64,000 bases of DNA from Octopus bimaculoides. Taxonomy: Eukaryota. Position numbers and translations under genes: made by a program. A model generated the notes under the pieces. That model did not search any database and had not been told where the DNA came from. It saw only the letters and a list, made by a program, of their open reading frames with translations. Shown here piece after piece: positions 1 through 11,873 of this stretch. The DNA lies in NCBI RefSeq assembly GCF_001194135.2, contig NC_068982.1, forward strand, positions 125,486,796 through 125,550,795, in the 5' to 3' direction. Within the stretch, counting starts at the first letter, position 1; every line of letters begins with the position of its first letter.

Positions 1-2129
1 TAAAGGTGAACCCAAAACTATTTTAGAACTTGTTATTTCGGTATCTAAAACAATGGCACCATTTGCCAATTTATATTGGTGAATGACTACAGAAATGCTA
101 TTTTGTATTTATTTTTGATCCATGCCTATGACAAAATGAACTTACCAATATTTAGATACCTCACTCATTGATTCATCACAATATTTCATTATTCTCGATC
201 TTTATTCAACTTTGGAACAAGAGAGCCTAAAAGAGGCAAGAAACCCAAATAGTGGGACATTTTTGTACCAACTGGAATTGAACCTGGTTAACCTGGTTTT
301 CATATTTGCCTCCGTTCTTTTATGAAAAAAAAATTTTTTATGTTTTTTTTTGTCTTATTGAAAGAACTGACCAGCTGTATAGATGTAAATACAACTTTTT
401 CTTCTTCCTTTCTTCCTCTTTTCTTTCCTTCTCTTTTCCATTGACACTCCTTTCAGATACACAGGCATACACACATACACGCACACACACACNNNNNNNN
501 NNNNNNNNNNNNNNNNNNNNNNNNNNNNNNNNNNNNNNNNNNNNNNNNNNNNNNNNNNNNNNNNNNNNNNNNNNNNNNNNNNNNNNNNNNNNNNNNNNNN
601 NNNNNNNNNNNNNNNNNNNNNNNNNNNNNNNNNNNNNNNNNNNNNNNNNNNNNNNNNNNNNNNNNNNNNNNNNNNNNNNNNNNNNNNNNNNNNNNNNNNN
701 NNNNNNNNNNNNNNNNNNNNNNNNNNNNNNNNNNNNNNNNNNNNNNNNNNNNNNNNNNNNNNNNNNNNNNNNNNNNNNNNNNNNNNNNNNNNNNNNNNNN
801 NNNNNNNNNNNNNNNNNNNNNNNNNNNNNNNNNNNNNNNNNNNNNNNNNNNNNNNNNNNNNNNNNNNNNNNNNNNNNNNNNNNNNNNNNNNNNNNNNNNN
901 NNNNNNNNNNNNNNNNNNNNNNNNNNNNNNNNNNNNNNNNNNNNNNNNNNNNNNNNNNNNNNNNNNNNTTATCCTATTATTGAATGTTCACGTCTGGCCG
1001 CATAGCCTTTTCCGTTTGTTTTCCTGTCTTGTTTTTTGTCTGCCACGACATTCCTCCACGGCACAGGTTTAATTTGTGTATACAAATTTAATTTGCGGTC
1101 CATGGGAAGAGCCATTTTAACGATCCATCCTACCCAACTCTTCGAAACGCCGGTATTAAAATGGGGGTAGCTGATGAAGGAAAATGTTCTCTATGTGGCT
1201 TGTGTGTTTTCTGTACTCTGGTTATTATTATTTTCTTGTCTACGTTTTGTTTGCAATGTCCTGTACCCAGATATGCACCTATATATACAGGTAGACGTAG
1301 GTATGCACATACCTGTATGTATATATGCATATACTCATTTATTATTTGTTATATATATATATATTTATGTATGTATGCATGTATGCATATGTACATATAT
1401 CCAAGACAATTCCATGAATAAGAAGAATAATACATCTGCACATTCTTTTTTATTGTTATACAGTATATTTAATCTAAATCTGTCCGACACGTGTTTACTG
1501 CATGGATATCTCGCAATGTGGTATTTATTTGCATCTGGTTTGTTCATCTGGTTAAGAGTCTATACAGCTTTATTCAAGGTGTTGCACACTGCTGTGGTTT
1601 GAAGCAAACTAAAATATGTTGGTTTAGGTGGTATTATATTTGGTAGGGGACGGTAATTTTTGAGTGCAAAGAATTAGAGAGGAACATTTTAAAACCTGAT
1701 ACGGTTATAAAAACGGTTATTGGATGACCCTATGATTACCCTAACGTTGGAAATTTGAATCATGACTACTACATCCGAAGCTTGCCTTAACTGTCCACTA
1801 GCCTCAATCGAAGTAAAAAGGGAAAATTTCAGAATTAGAGGTTTATAATTAAAGGTCACTAAGTCAAATATAATTTACATGTAAATACCATCCTTCTAGA
1901 CAGAGAATATAGAATAAAGAGTAATTTAATTCATATATGAAGTTTTACACACGAAAACAAAAAATTATTTGAAGAACAATTATTATTAGGATATAAGTAA
2001 ATGAGATATTGCTCTAATATTTACCATGTAAACTATAGCACCTCCAGTCTCTGTGGTATTTAATTAGAAATCTTATCTTGAGAAATATTTGAATACTTTT
2101 CTGTGAAGGTGCGCACATATGAGGGCTGA

Positions 2130-2930
2130 TTAATTTTTGTTGTTTAATAACTGGTATTTAGACGTGAAAATATGGAGTATTTCTCCTAGACATAAATTGC
2201 ATTTCATGCCTCCGATTACGTAAGGCTCTGTCCTGCCAATAATTTCCCATTCTATATCAAAGTTCGTGTTTCTATCTTTTAAGGACCGAAGAAACCCACT
2301 TACGTTTGTGCTATGCATTTTCTCTCTATCCTTAAAGAAAGCTAGATGGTTATCTAATCTCATTTGAATGTAGTCGAGCACATTTCAGTATAAAAATGTG
2401 AAATTTTACCTGATGTAACCCTACTCATGTACACTATATTTTCCCTCAAACGTTGTGCGTTGAGAAGGCAGATTTTCTTGTCATAGCTACAAAGATTTTT
2501 ATCGATACTAGCTCTACCTGCGCTAATGGGATCAGAATAAGAAACCTCCATATCTTTGTCTAAAGCTCTGCTAGTGTTTACATTTGGGCTATACTTTCGA
2601 TTTTGCATGCTATTTTGTCCAAAGTTTCTCACATTTAGTTCGCCTATTTTTGCAGATTAATTCACTACCACGTATTCCCTTTGACTAGTGCTGATATCTA
2701 GATGTGTATGGTGTCCGACATTGTGACGGTAGTAGCATATACCAACACAAATCTTCCTCATTCAAGATGTGCCAGCGCACGATACTGAATGGTTCCGTAC
2801 TGACTATTGACCACCAACCGGTTGTCACGGTACATTGTGATGATCCAACTCATGAAAAGGGCCAGAAAAGGCTTTTGATTAATCTAAGTTGATCAAGGTC
2901 CCACCCATGCCAGGCTCCTTACCTACCCTC
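2130..2930 (-). mobile_element. Degenerate Penelope-like retroelement (RT remnant plus GIY-YIG endonuclease)
   Basis: Frameshifted translation CSYDKKICLLN..NIVYMSRVTS..YTEMCSTTFK / RLDNH..EWEII..KCNLCLGEILHI matches the PLE GIY-YIG/CCHH region. MYRDNRL near 2818-2836 resembles the YRDD RT motif. Confidence 0.75.
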
Positions 2931-4124
2931 TCTGTAATGTATCGCATGAGATGGCTGTGATGGATAAATTTGTTTGGGATGTCTCATACTTACGCATCCA
3001 ACCAGACCACTAACTTCAAGCTCCAAACTCTTCGTTAACAGTTTGGACAAAATCATGAAGTCTGATAAGCGCCCTCTCCAGCTGTGTTCTTCAGCCTTCA
3101 GACGCCTGCTGAGATAGGCTCGTTTACTCGGGCCATACTCACTACTTCCATTCATTTTTCCGAAAAATTATTGGATGTTAGCACATCCCTCGCCACCGCC
3201 ATATTCTTCATGGGGAATTTTGGAAATCAATAAAGACTTCGCTGAAGATAAAAGTGTCTATCCTAATAATTGTTTCAAATACCAGTATAAGGCTTGCTAT
3301 TTGTGGAGATGGGTTAATCAGTTATACTGACTCCAGTATTTGACTGGTTCTTTATTTTATCGAACCCCGAAAAGATGAAAGGTAAAGTTGACCTCGAGGT
3401 AAAGAGCCTGAACAAATACAGGAAGGAATTTTGACCGACGCTCTAACGAATCTACTAATCTCTCATCTTCAATGTCCAGCTGAATAGTAATCATTACCTT
3501 TTCCTTCCTACTATAGGCACAAGACCTGAAACTTTAGAAGAGAAAGCGAGTCGATTGCATCGAACCCAGTGCGTGACTGATACTTATTTCATCGACCCGG
3601 AAAGGATAAAAGGCGGAATTTGAACTCTGAGTGTCAGGTCAGACAAAATTCCGCTAAGCATTTTGCCCTGCGTGCTAACGATTCTGCCAGCTCACCGCCT
3701 TTAGTTGAATAATAATCATTTCCTTTTATTACTTCAACAATAAAGGTTAAGATCGAATCCTGTGAATTTTTGGAAATAAGAGACAAAGTAATCGTGCTAT
3801 TTTTCTTTTCTGCTAGATAAGAGCATTAGTGATGTCCCGAAAGCATTTAAAACGGAGAATATAAACCTGTTTAACAATATGGCCTTCATTGTTTGTCAAA
3901 TAATACTTCCTCTGAGAAACTTAATTTCTCTCACACCTTTTCAATATTCCTTCTTTGAACAATCCATTCAACAATTACTCGTTTACATTTTCTTTCTTGC
4001 TTCTTTTCTTACCTATCTTTTCCTTTTCCTTTTTCATCTGTCTTCCTTCTTCCCTCCGGTTTCTCTTTCATTTATTAGTGCGCTAATATATATATCGGCT
4101 TACCCTCTTTTTAATACATATGAG

Positions 4125-4410
4125 CAGAGGTTCTCAAACTTTTTGGGCCACCGCTCCCCTCATAGCCACATAATACCCTCAGCGCCCCACCCCTATTTTT
4201 ATGTGTAAATAAATATTTTATATTTTACTAATGTATATACACTATGAATCATTTGATATTTAATATATTATACAATTTGTATACAATACTATAATAATAA
4301 ATATTTTATATTTTACTAATTTATTTATATACACTATGAATAATTTGATATTTAATATATTATACAATTTGTATACAATACTATAATAATATAAATTCAT
4401 AGCGTCCCCC
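4125..4410 (+). mobile_element. hAT/Charlie-like MITE 5' part with an internal ~90-bp tandem duplication (4208-4295 / 4296-4387)
   Basis: Starts CAGAGGTTCTCAAACT, a hAT-Charlie-type TIR. The two near-identical AT-rich units are directly visible. No matching right TIR was found. Confidence 0.45.
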
Positions 4411-4620
4411 ATTCAACTACCTTCCTCCCAATGCCTCCTTTTTCTCTACCACTCCCGCCCCCTTTTGATACTAGCACCCACCTGGACCCTCTCAACGCCC
4501 ACAGAAGTAATAGCTTGTCGTATACTTTTACAGGTGTAATAACTTGTCCTGTACTTTTCTAAGTTTATAATCTTAAGAATACTACTTTTCATGCTCGCAT
4601 TTTTCCATGTAATATATATA

Positions 4621-4772
4621 TTAGGTTGGTACATAATTATTGCGGCTTTTTCCAAAAAAATTTATTCAACAAAAACAATAACAACATTTAACGAAAGCAT
4701 CCTTAAGTGATTATTCCGGAGCATATTCACAATCTACTTCAATTACTTCTTCCCATTTGCTTGGCAGCCGGT
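4621..4772 (-). mobile_element. mariner (DD34D) 3' end with TIR
   Basis: TA followed by TTAGGTTGGTACATAATTATTGCGGCTTTTT (Hsmar1-like TIR). Minus strand encodes RLPSKWEEVIEVDCEYAPE*, a mariner transposase C-terminus. Confidence 0.7.
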
Positions 4773-4788
4773 CGGAATAATCATTTAA

Positions 4789-5505
4789 AGAGGCTGTGTA
4801 GAAAGATGAATAGAGGCATAACGTCGCCGTCACTATTGATCACTGCAAACACTATGATGTTGTCTGGATATTTGATTTTTATCACTCACGGTACATGTTT
4901 TGGGAACGCAGCAAACCAACGGTTGTTCTGTGTGTTCATCATCTGATCCTAGCAGAATTTTTTCTCGTCTGAGAAAAACCAAGGCATGTTCAGTTGGAGA
5001 GGATGGTTGAGTTTGTTGAGTTTGTTCAAAAGCTTTTTTGTGCAGTCTTTCCTCTTGTCCTTGATGGCTTGGGATAAAAATCGACCCTTTCTTATTTTGT
5101 ATGAGGAATACCGAATGCCTTCATGCACTGCCTGCCTGATAAGAAACTCAGACACTCCCATGTCCCTGGCAAAGGACTTGATTGACTTGGTGGGCCTGGA
5201 TCTCACCAACAAATTCAGCAGTTCAGAGTGAGTTTTCCGAGCTTCTGTACCTTCGTAATTATCATTAGATTCATCCAACTCTCTCCGAGTCGTCTGCACA
5301 GTCCTCAGATTGACACCCAAACACTCTGAAATGTTCGTATTGGAGCTTCCGGCGTGAATGCCAAGCAGTACAGCATGTCGTTCCCAAAGTTCTGACTGAG
5401 TAAATTACGTCATGGTGCTGTTTTCTCACAGACAGTGCCCAACTGACCCTACTATACTGTGTAGTTAACAAAATCAAAAACAAACAATGCGCGGAATTAA
5501 AAATG
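4789..5505 (-). mobile_element. maT/DD37D-type Tc1-mariner transposase 5' fragment
   Basis: HTH region LGVNLRTVQ..KSFARDMGVSEFLIRQAVHE, then WFFSDEKKFC, ..NTQNNR.. and SDGDVMPLF, as in maT-family transposases. Truncated before the second Asp. Confidence 0.8.
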
Positions 5506-5506
5506 T

Positions 5507-5771
5507 ACGTGTGTGTGTGTGTGTGTGTGTCTGTGTGTGTGTGTGTGTGCGTGCTTGTGTAAAGATCAGTGTCACTCTCTCTTTCTCTCTAGCTCTCTTT
5601 CTCTTGTTGAACCTCCTGTAGCCATATTTAGTTTAGGTGACTTTATTCATTAAGTTGTTGACTTAACCATTGCTCATTCACATCATGTCTATTTGAAGAC
5701 GAACTGACGCAACTGACTAATGCTGTTTTGAGTGGAAACAATAAGCTGTAAGACTGAGTTCGTTTTTAAAG

Positions 5772-5858
<87 letters not shown>
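5507..5858. repeat. (TG)n and (CA)n microsatellites, representative of dozens of (CA), (TA) and (GA) runs in the window
   Basis: Directly visible. Other runs at about 7.6, 11.3-11.9, 13.1, 18.9-19.1, 20.5, 21.2, 22.8, 23.7, 46.4 and 49.4 kb; most large N gaps abut such runs. Confidence 0.95.
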
Positions 5859-5860
<2 letters not shown>

Positions 5861-5862
<2 letters not shown>

Positions 5863-6715
5863 GGGGTTGGACAAAATAATGGAAACACTTTAGTATCATA
5901 GCATCATAATTTTATAATATCTATAAAACCTTCAAAAGCTTGTTTATTTTTATGTTTTTTTATTTATTATTAGTGTTGCTCAATATGTTTTGCTAAAATT
6001 ACTGTTTCTTTTAGGATATCATCAGGAAAAGGTAATTAAAATTCATTAAACTGACAGATCTATCGGACTTGCAAAGAGGTCAAATTGTTGGTGCTCGTAT
6101 GGCAGGCGCTAGTGTAACGAAAACAGCCGAAATGTTTGGTGTATCAAGAAGTACTGTCTCGAAAGTAACGACAGCCTTTAACGAAAAGGGAAAAACCTCC
6201 TAGTCGAAACAAAACTCCGGAAGAAAACCAAAACTTTCAGATAAAGACTGTCGGACTCTTACGCAAAATTGTTAGAAAGGATCACAAAAGTACAGCTCCC
6301 AAAATTACTGCAGAGCTTAATGACCAACTCGAGAACCCAGTTTCCACAAAAACTGTTCGCCTGGAGCTGCACAAAGCCGGATTTTACGAGAGGGCTGCAA
6401 TGAGAAAACCACTACTTTCAAAAACAAAACGTTATAAAGCATTTAGAGTGGAGTAAAAACCTACAGAATTGGTTCCTAGAGCAGTGGAAGAATGTCATTT
6501 TCTCGGATGAGTCATCTTTTACCTTACTTCCGACCACCGGCCGAGTATACATGTGAAGACAGCCGAAAGAAGTATTTGACCCAGACTGCTTTCTTCCAAC
6601 TGTTAAACATGGAGGAGGATCTATGATGATCTGGAGGGCTATATCTTGGAAATCCGCCGGCCTAATGGTTTCCCTTCATGGCAGAATTAATAGTCAAGAT
6701 TATTTAAGCATTTTA
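5861..6715 (+). mobile_element. Tc1 (DD34E-type) transposon 5' half, defective
   Basis: TA followed by TIR CAGGGGTTGGACAAAATAATGGAAACAC. Encodes QRGQIVGARMAGAS..SGRKPKLS..VIFSDES..TVKHGGGSMMIW..INSQDYLSIL, with stops and frameshifts. Confidence 0.9.
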
Positions 6716-6990
6716 TGCTTAAATTTAAGCGTATGGTGGGACTGGGAAGGGATTATCCATTACGAATTGCTTGAACGGAACCAACGGTCAACGCGGAACT
6801 CTATGTTCAACAGATGGAACGACTCAACACGGCTATTCAAGAGAAAAGACCTAATTGGCAGCATGAAGTTCTGCTGCACGACACCGTCCACCCCCATATT
6901 GCCAATATAACCAAGGAAGACATTCAAACGCATGGCTGGGAAGTGCTGCCACACCCGCCGTACTCTCCTGATTTGGTACCAACGGTTTTC
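6716..6990 (+). mobile_element. mariner transposase catalytic-domain fragment
   Basis: LSVWWDWEGIIHYELL..VNAELYVQQMERL..LLHDTV..WEVLPHPPYSPDLVPT contains the mariner WVPHEL-family YSPDLAP motif. Confidence 0.9.
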
Positions 6991-7622
6991 AAGCGGTCGG
7001 AGAAACACACACACACACACACACACAAACGCCTTCCATACAGTTTCCGTCAACCAAATTCACTCTCAAGATATTGGTTGCTTGGTGGCTATAGTAGAAA
7101 ACATTTGGTTAAGGTGCCGCGCAGTGATACTGAACTTGAAAATACATGGTTGTAAAGTATTGCCTGCACCAATGGTATTATTTAACATTATTTGGGAAAT
7201 GGCTTATAATTTAATAACTGTAGTTGAAAATCTTGAAGTTTATAAAATTTGTAATATATGTAATGTAATATATGTAATATATGTAATATATGTAATGTAA
7301 TATATGTAATGTATAATGTCATTATTCGTGGGCTGGACTTAGTAAAAATAGGGGTATTTCATGTCTTTGTTGTTATGAAATATCAGTGTGTTTAGAAAGG
7401 TTATGAATAGTTGTGAATTATATTTGATATTTTAAAACTTGGAAATTGGTTCTTTGGTTGGGGTTTTTTTTTTCTTTTTGGGTGGAGGGTTGTCGATCTT
7501 AAATGTAATAAAGAAGAAACTGCTTCAATTGAAAATAAAATGTTACTGCCATTACGCATTTAAAATGTGTGAGTGTGTAAGAGTGAGTGTGTGTGAGTGT
7601 GTGTGTGTGTATGTGTCTGTCA

Positions 7623-7666
<44 letters not shown>

Positions 7667-7729
7667 ATGTGTGTGTGTGTGTGTGTGTGAGTGCGTGTGT
7701 GTGTTTGATTGGTGGTTGGATATATACTC

Positions 7730-8095
7730 ACATACATGGCCTGACTTACATACATGGCCTGACTTACATACATGGCCTGACTCTACGTCGGTTATAACGA
7801 TGATCATTCACGTGAATGACCATGGGATTGCAACTAGAAAGTTACCCTCCGAGGCACAAGTCCGGGCAAGGTTGTTTACAGAAGACCAGTAGTCGCCCAT
7901 GCATACCAGCCTCCCCTCTCCACTCCACCGATGTTATCCAAGGGACAGGAAAAGGCCGACACAGCTTGGCATCAGTGATGTCGCAACTCATTTCTACAGC
8001 TGAGTGAACTGAAGCAACGAGAAATAGAGTGTCTTGCTCAAGAACACAACACGCAGCCCGGTTCGGGAATCGATCTCACAAACTCACGATCTAGC
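7730..8095 (-). mobile_element. tRNA-derived SINE with an 18-bp tandem tail (ACATACATGGCCTGACTT x~3)
   Basis: B-box-like head near 8060-8090 on the minus strand. Shares the core tgagtgaactgaagcaac...ttgctcaagaacac with other SINE copies here. Confidence 0.55.
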
Positions 8096-9565
8096 CACTG
8101 AGCCAACGGAACAGCCAACTCGTAAAATTAACGCGCAAGTGGCTGAGCACTCCACAGACACGCATACCCTTAACGTAGTTCTCAGGGAGGTTCAGCGTAA
8201 CACAAAATGTGGCGAGGCTGGTGCTCTGAACTACAAGTAGATCTCACTTCTGGGATAACAAAAAAATAAAATGTCTTGCTCAAGGAAAGAACGTGCCGCC
8301 GGGAATCGAACTCACGAGCTTACGATCGCGAGCCGATTGCCCTTGTCATTGAGCTATGCGCCTTTACACTTGCATACAATAACGCATATACATACATTGG
8401 TCTCAAATTTTAGAACAAGGGCAACAATTTCGGGTGGGTAGGTAAGTTGATTATGTAGTCTCCGGTGCTCAACTGTTACTTACTTTATCGATCCTAAAAG
8501 GATGAAAGGCAAAATCGACCTCTGCGAAATTTGAACTCAAAACACGAAGACGAACGAAATGCCGAAAAGCATTTCGCATTTCGTCCGGCGCGGAAATGAT
8601 TCTGCCAGCTCACCGCCGTCGCATATACATATTAACGTTCAACTAAAATATTTATTTGCAACGCAAATGACACTTGTTAACAATAAAATTTTGGTGCAAG
8701 ACCAGCAATTTTAGGGGAAGAATATAGTCGATTACCATCAACCCCAGTGCTCAGTTGGTACTTTGACAACGAAAAGATGAAAGGCAAAATTGAATGGAAT
8801 TTGAATTCAGAACGTAAAGAACCGAAAAAAAATGTCACTATGTAGTTTGTCCGACGCGCTAGCGATTCTGCCAACTCTCTGCCTTACACTTGCATACAAT
8901 ATTGTATTCACACACACATACATACATACATACATACACACAAGAAGTGGGTATTAACAAAGGTAAGCTTTTATCGTTTTTAACTGCATGTCGTAATCTT
9001 ATACTTCTATAGGCTTATCTCTAATGAGTTCTGGTTTGAGGCTACGCAGCTTGATAAGACTGGAAAAGAATTTGCACATGAGGTCATTACACGACGTCAT
9101 TACAAGAAAGAGATCAAACATATTTAAATTTGCCAAATATAAGAATTCCTTTCGATTTTCTTATCGGTGTTTAATTTTGACATGGAGACAAATGTCATGG
9201 CCTTAACTTTCCTTCTTTATTCAAGTGTCTCTATGTATTTTCTCGTCAGAGGAAGTGGTGACATGGCTTAAAACTATTTCCCGTCTTAGAGAAGTAGGTT
9301 CTGTATTAGGCACGTACGATATATTCATTCAGTAACTGGCCTATTCACAATGTATATACATTAAATATGATTGAGATAAAGAGTCGACGTAATGAGAAGC
9401 AATGAGCAGTGTGTCCTTTATGAACGATATGTAGTGCTAAAGACAGAATATGAACTAAAAGCATTCGTAAGGAAGTGGGTAGGAAGTTTGCTTCCCAAGC
9501 ACTTGATTCCGGATCCAGTCACACTGTGTGGAACCTTCTACTATAACCGCAGGTCAACCAAAGTG

Positions 9566-9605
<40 letters not shown>

Positions 9606-9939
9606 CTTATAAGTTGGGGATATAATCATGAAAATGATTATATCAGTGACTAGCGTTAAAAAAATGACCATATCGGTAAAATTAATTTTTGAGTATATAA
9701 TTATAAAGATATAATTATAATTAAGGGCGCTGGAATGCCGGTGCCTATACGCTAGAAGTAGATGTCAAATACCTACAATCCACTCTAAGTTTGTTCTCTC
9801 TTTGTAACCCAAGGTCGAATGCTAGGTAATGAGCAAGAAGATCCAATATCTTAAGATTTCGTGCTCTGTAACAAAGATTACTTTACACTCTTCAGTAGAG
9901 ATATACCGACAATATATAAGCGAAAAATATTTATATATA

Positions 9940-10112
9940 GGCATAGGAGTGGTTGTGTGGTAAGTAGCTTCCTTACGAACCATATGGTTCCGAGTTCAGT
10001 CCCACTGCGTGGCACCTTGGGCAAGTGTCTTCTACTATAACCTCGGGCCGACCAAAGCCTTGTGAGTGGATTTGGTAGACGGAAACTGAAAGAAGCCCGT
10101 CGTATATATGTA

Positions 10113-10154
<42 letters not shown>

Positions 10155-10345
10155 TCTCCCAACATCACTTGACAACCGATGCTGGTGTGTTTACGTCTCC
10201 GTAACCTAGCGGTTCGGCAAAACAGACCGATAGAATAAGTACTAGGCTTACAAAGAATAAGTTCTGGGGTCGATTTGCTCGACTAAAAGTGGTGCTCCAG
10301 CATGGCCACAGTCAAATGACTGAAACAAGTAAAAGAGTAAAAGAG
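9940..10345 (+). mobile_element. tRNA-derived CORE-like SINE (family A), full length
   Basis: A/B-box head (GGAGTGGTTGTGTGGTAAG..GTTCCGAGTTCAGTCC), CORE-like ggcaccttgggcaagt, internal (TG)n and an (AAAAGAGT)n tail. More than 10 related copies occur in the window. Confidence 0.85.
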
Positions 10346-11306
10346 TATACATACCGATATATGTATGTGTGCGTGTGTGCGCGCGCGCGCACGTGGTATG
10401 TGTGTGTGTGTGTGTGTGTGCGTGCGTGTATGTGTGCGTTTCTTTGTGTTTGTCCTCATCACCGCTTGATAACTGATGCTGGTTTGTTTACGTTCCCGTA
10501 ACTTAAAAGAGATCAATAGAATAAGTACCAGGCTTTAATGGAAAAAAGGCACTGACGTCGATTCATTCGACTAATAACAGATAAAAGTAAAAGATAACTG
10601 AATTTGAACTTGGATGCACAAATTTAACCCTTCTTATCTCCGAAATTCAGTTAATAAAGGCTCTAAATGGCTCTAAAAGACTACGAAAACTAGCTATGTG
10701 CCTCAAAGTAAGGTGCTTTCTACTGATCACAGAACCATGTCTCCAATAAACCTGATGCGTTCTTTTTATCCAATATAAATTATGTTTAATTGCCGATTTG
10801 TTTTTACGATGTCCTGTAGTTTGGAGAGAAATATCTGTTGAAGACGGCTAAATATAATTGACATGAATTTATATGCTGTATTTTGGGTGTTGATATTTTG
10901 CAAGTTTCCCGACAGACTCATTCCCCTTTTGAATAAAACAGGAAGCAGAGTGAAACAGTCTGACATTAGAGAAACATAGCGATTGGCCTTACATTTCCTG
11001 TCTTTTCAACTGCACTCAAATTTACGCACAGATTTCCACATATAATCAAATACGAAAACACTATCACACACAAACACATGCACACGCTATTAGCAGTACT
11101 TTACATGTCTTCGAATTTTCACATTTATCATGTTTTCCTTCTTTTCTTTTTTTTTTTTCTTTCACTTTCACACTTTCCCATCCTCTCTTACTTTTACTGT
11201 CATGTTCCCAATCTTCCCCTATCTCTCCCTCTCTCTTTCTCTCTTCCCGCTCATGCACATCTTCCAAATCTCATTTTGTTGCCCTTTTCACTCTCTCTCT
11301 CTCTCT

Positions 11307-11338
<32 letters not shown>

Positions 11339-11804
11339 CCCCTCTCTCTCTCTCTCTCATTTCGTACCTTTCTCATTCTTCTCATATATATATATATATA
11401 TATATATTATGTGTATATATATATATTATGTATATATATATATTATGTATATATATATATTATGTATATATATTTATATATANNNNNNNNNNNNNNNNNN
11501 NNNNNNNNNNNNNNNNNNNNNNNNNNNNNNNNNNNNNNNNNNNNNNNNNNNNNNNNNNNNNNNNNNNNNNNNNNNNNNNNNNNNNNNNNNNNNNNNNNNN
11601 NNNNNNNNNNNNNNNNNNNNNNNNNNNNNNNNNNNNNNNNNNNNNNNNNNNNNNNNNNNNNNNNNNNNNNNNNNNNNNNNNNNNNNNNNNNNNNNNNNNN
11701 NNNNNNNNNNNNNNNNNNNNNNNNNNNNNNNNNNNNNNNNNNNNNNNNNNNNNNNNNNNNNNNNNNNNNNNNNNNNNNNNNNNNNNNNNNNNNNNNNNNN
11801 NNNN

Positions 11805-11873
<69 letters not shown>

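Noticed and set aside
1090-1190. GAAAC-gccg-GTA and CTGATGA with complementary flanks (possible hammerhead)
   Set aside because: The helices (ccattttaa/ttaaaatgg, ctaccc/gggtag) do not place the core in any valid type I, II or III topology, and stem II cannot form.
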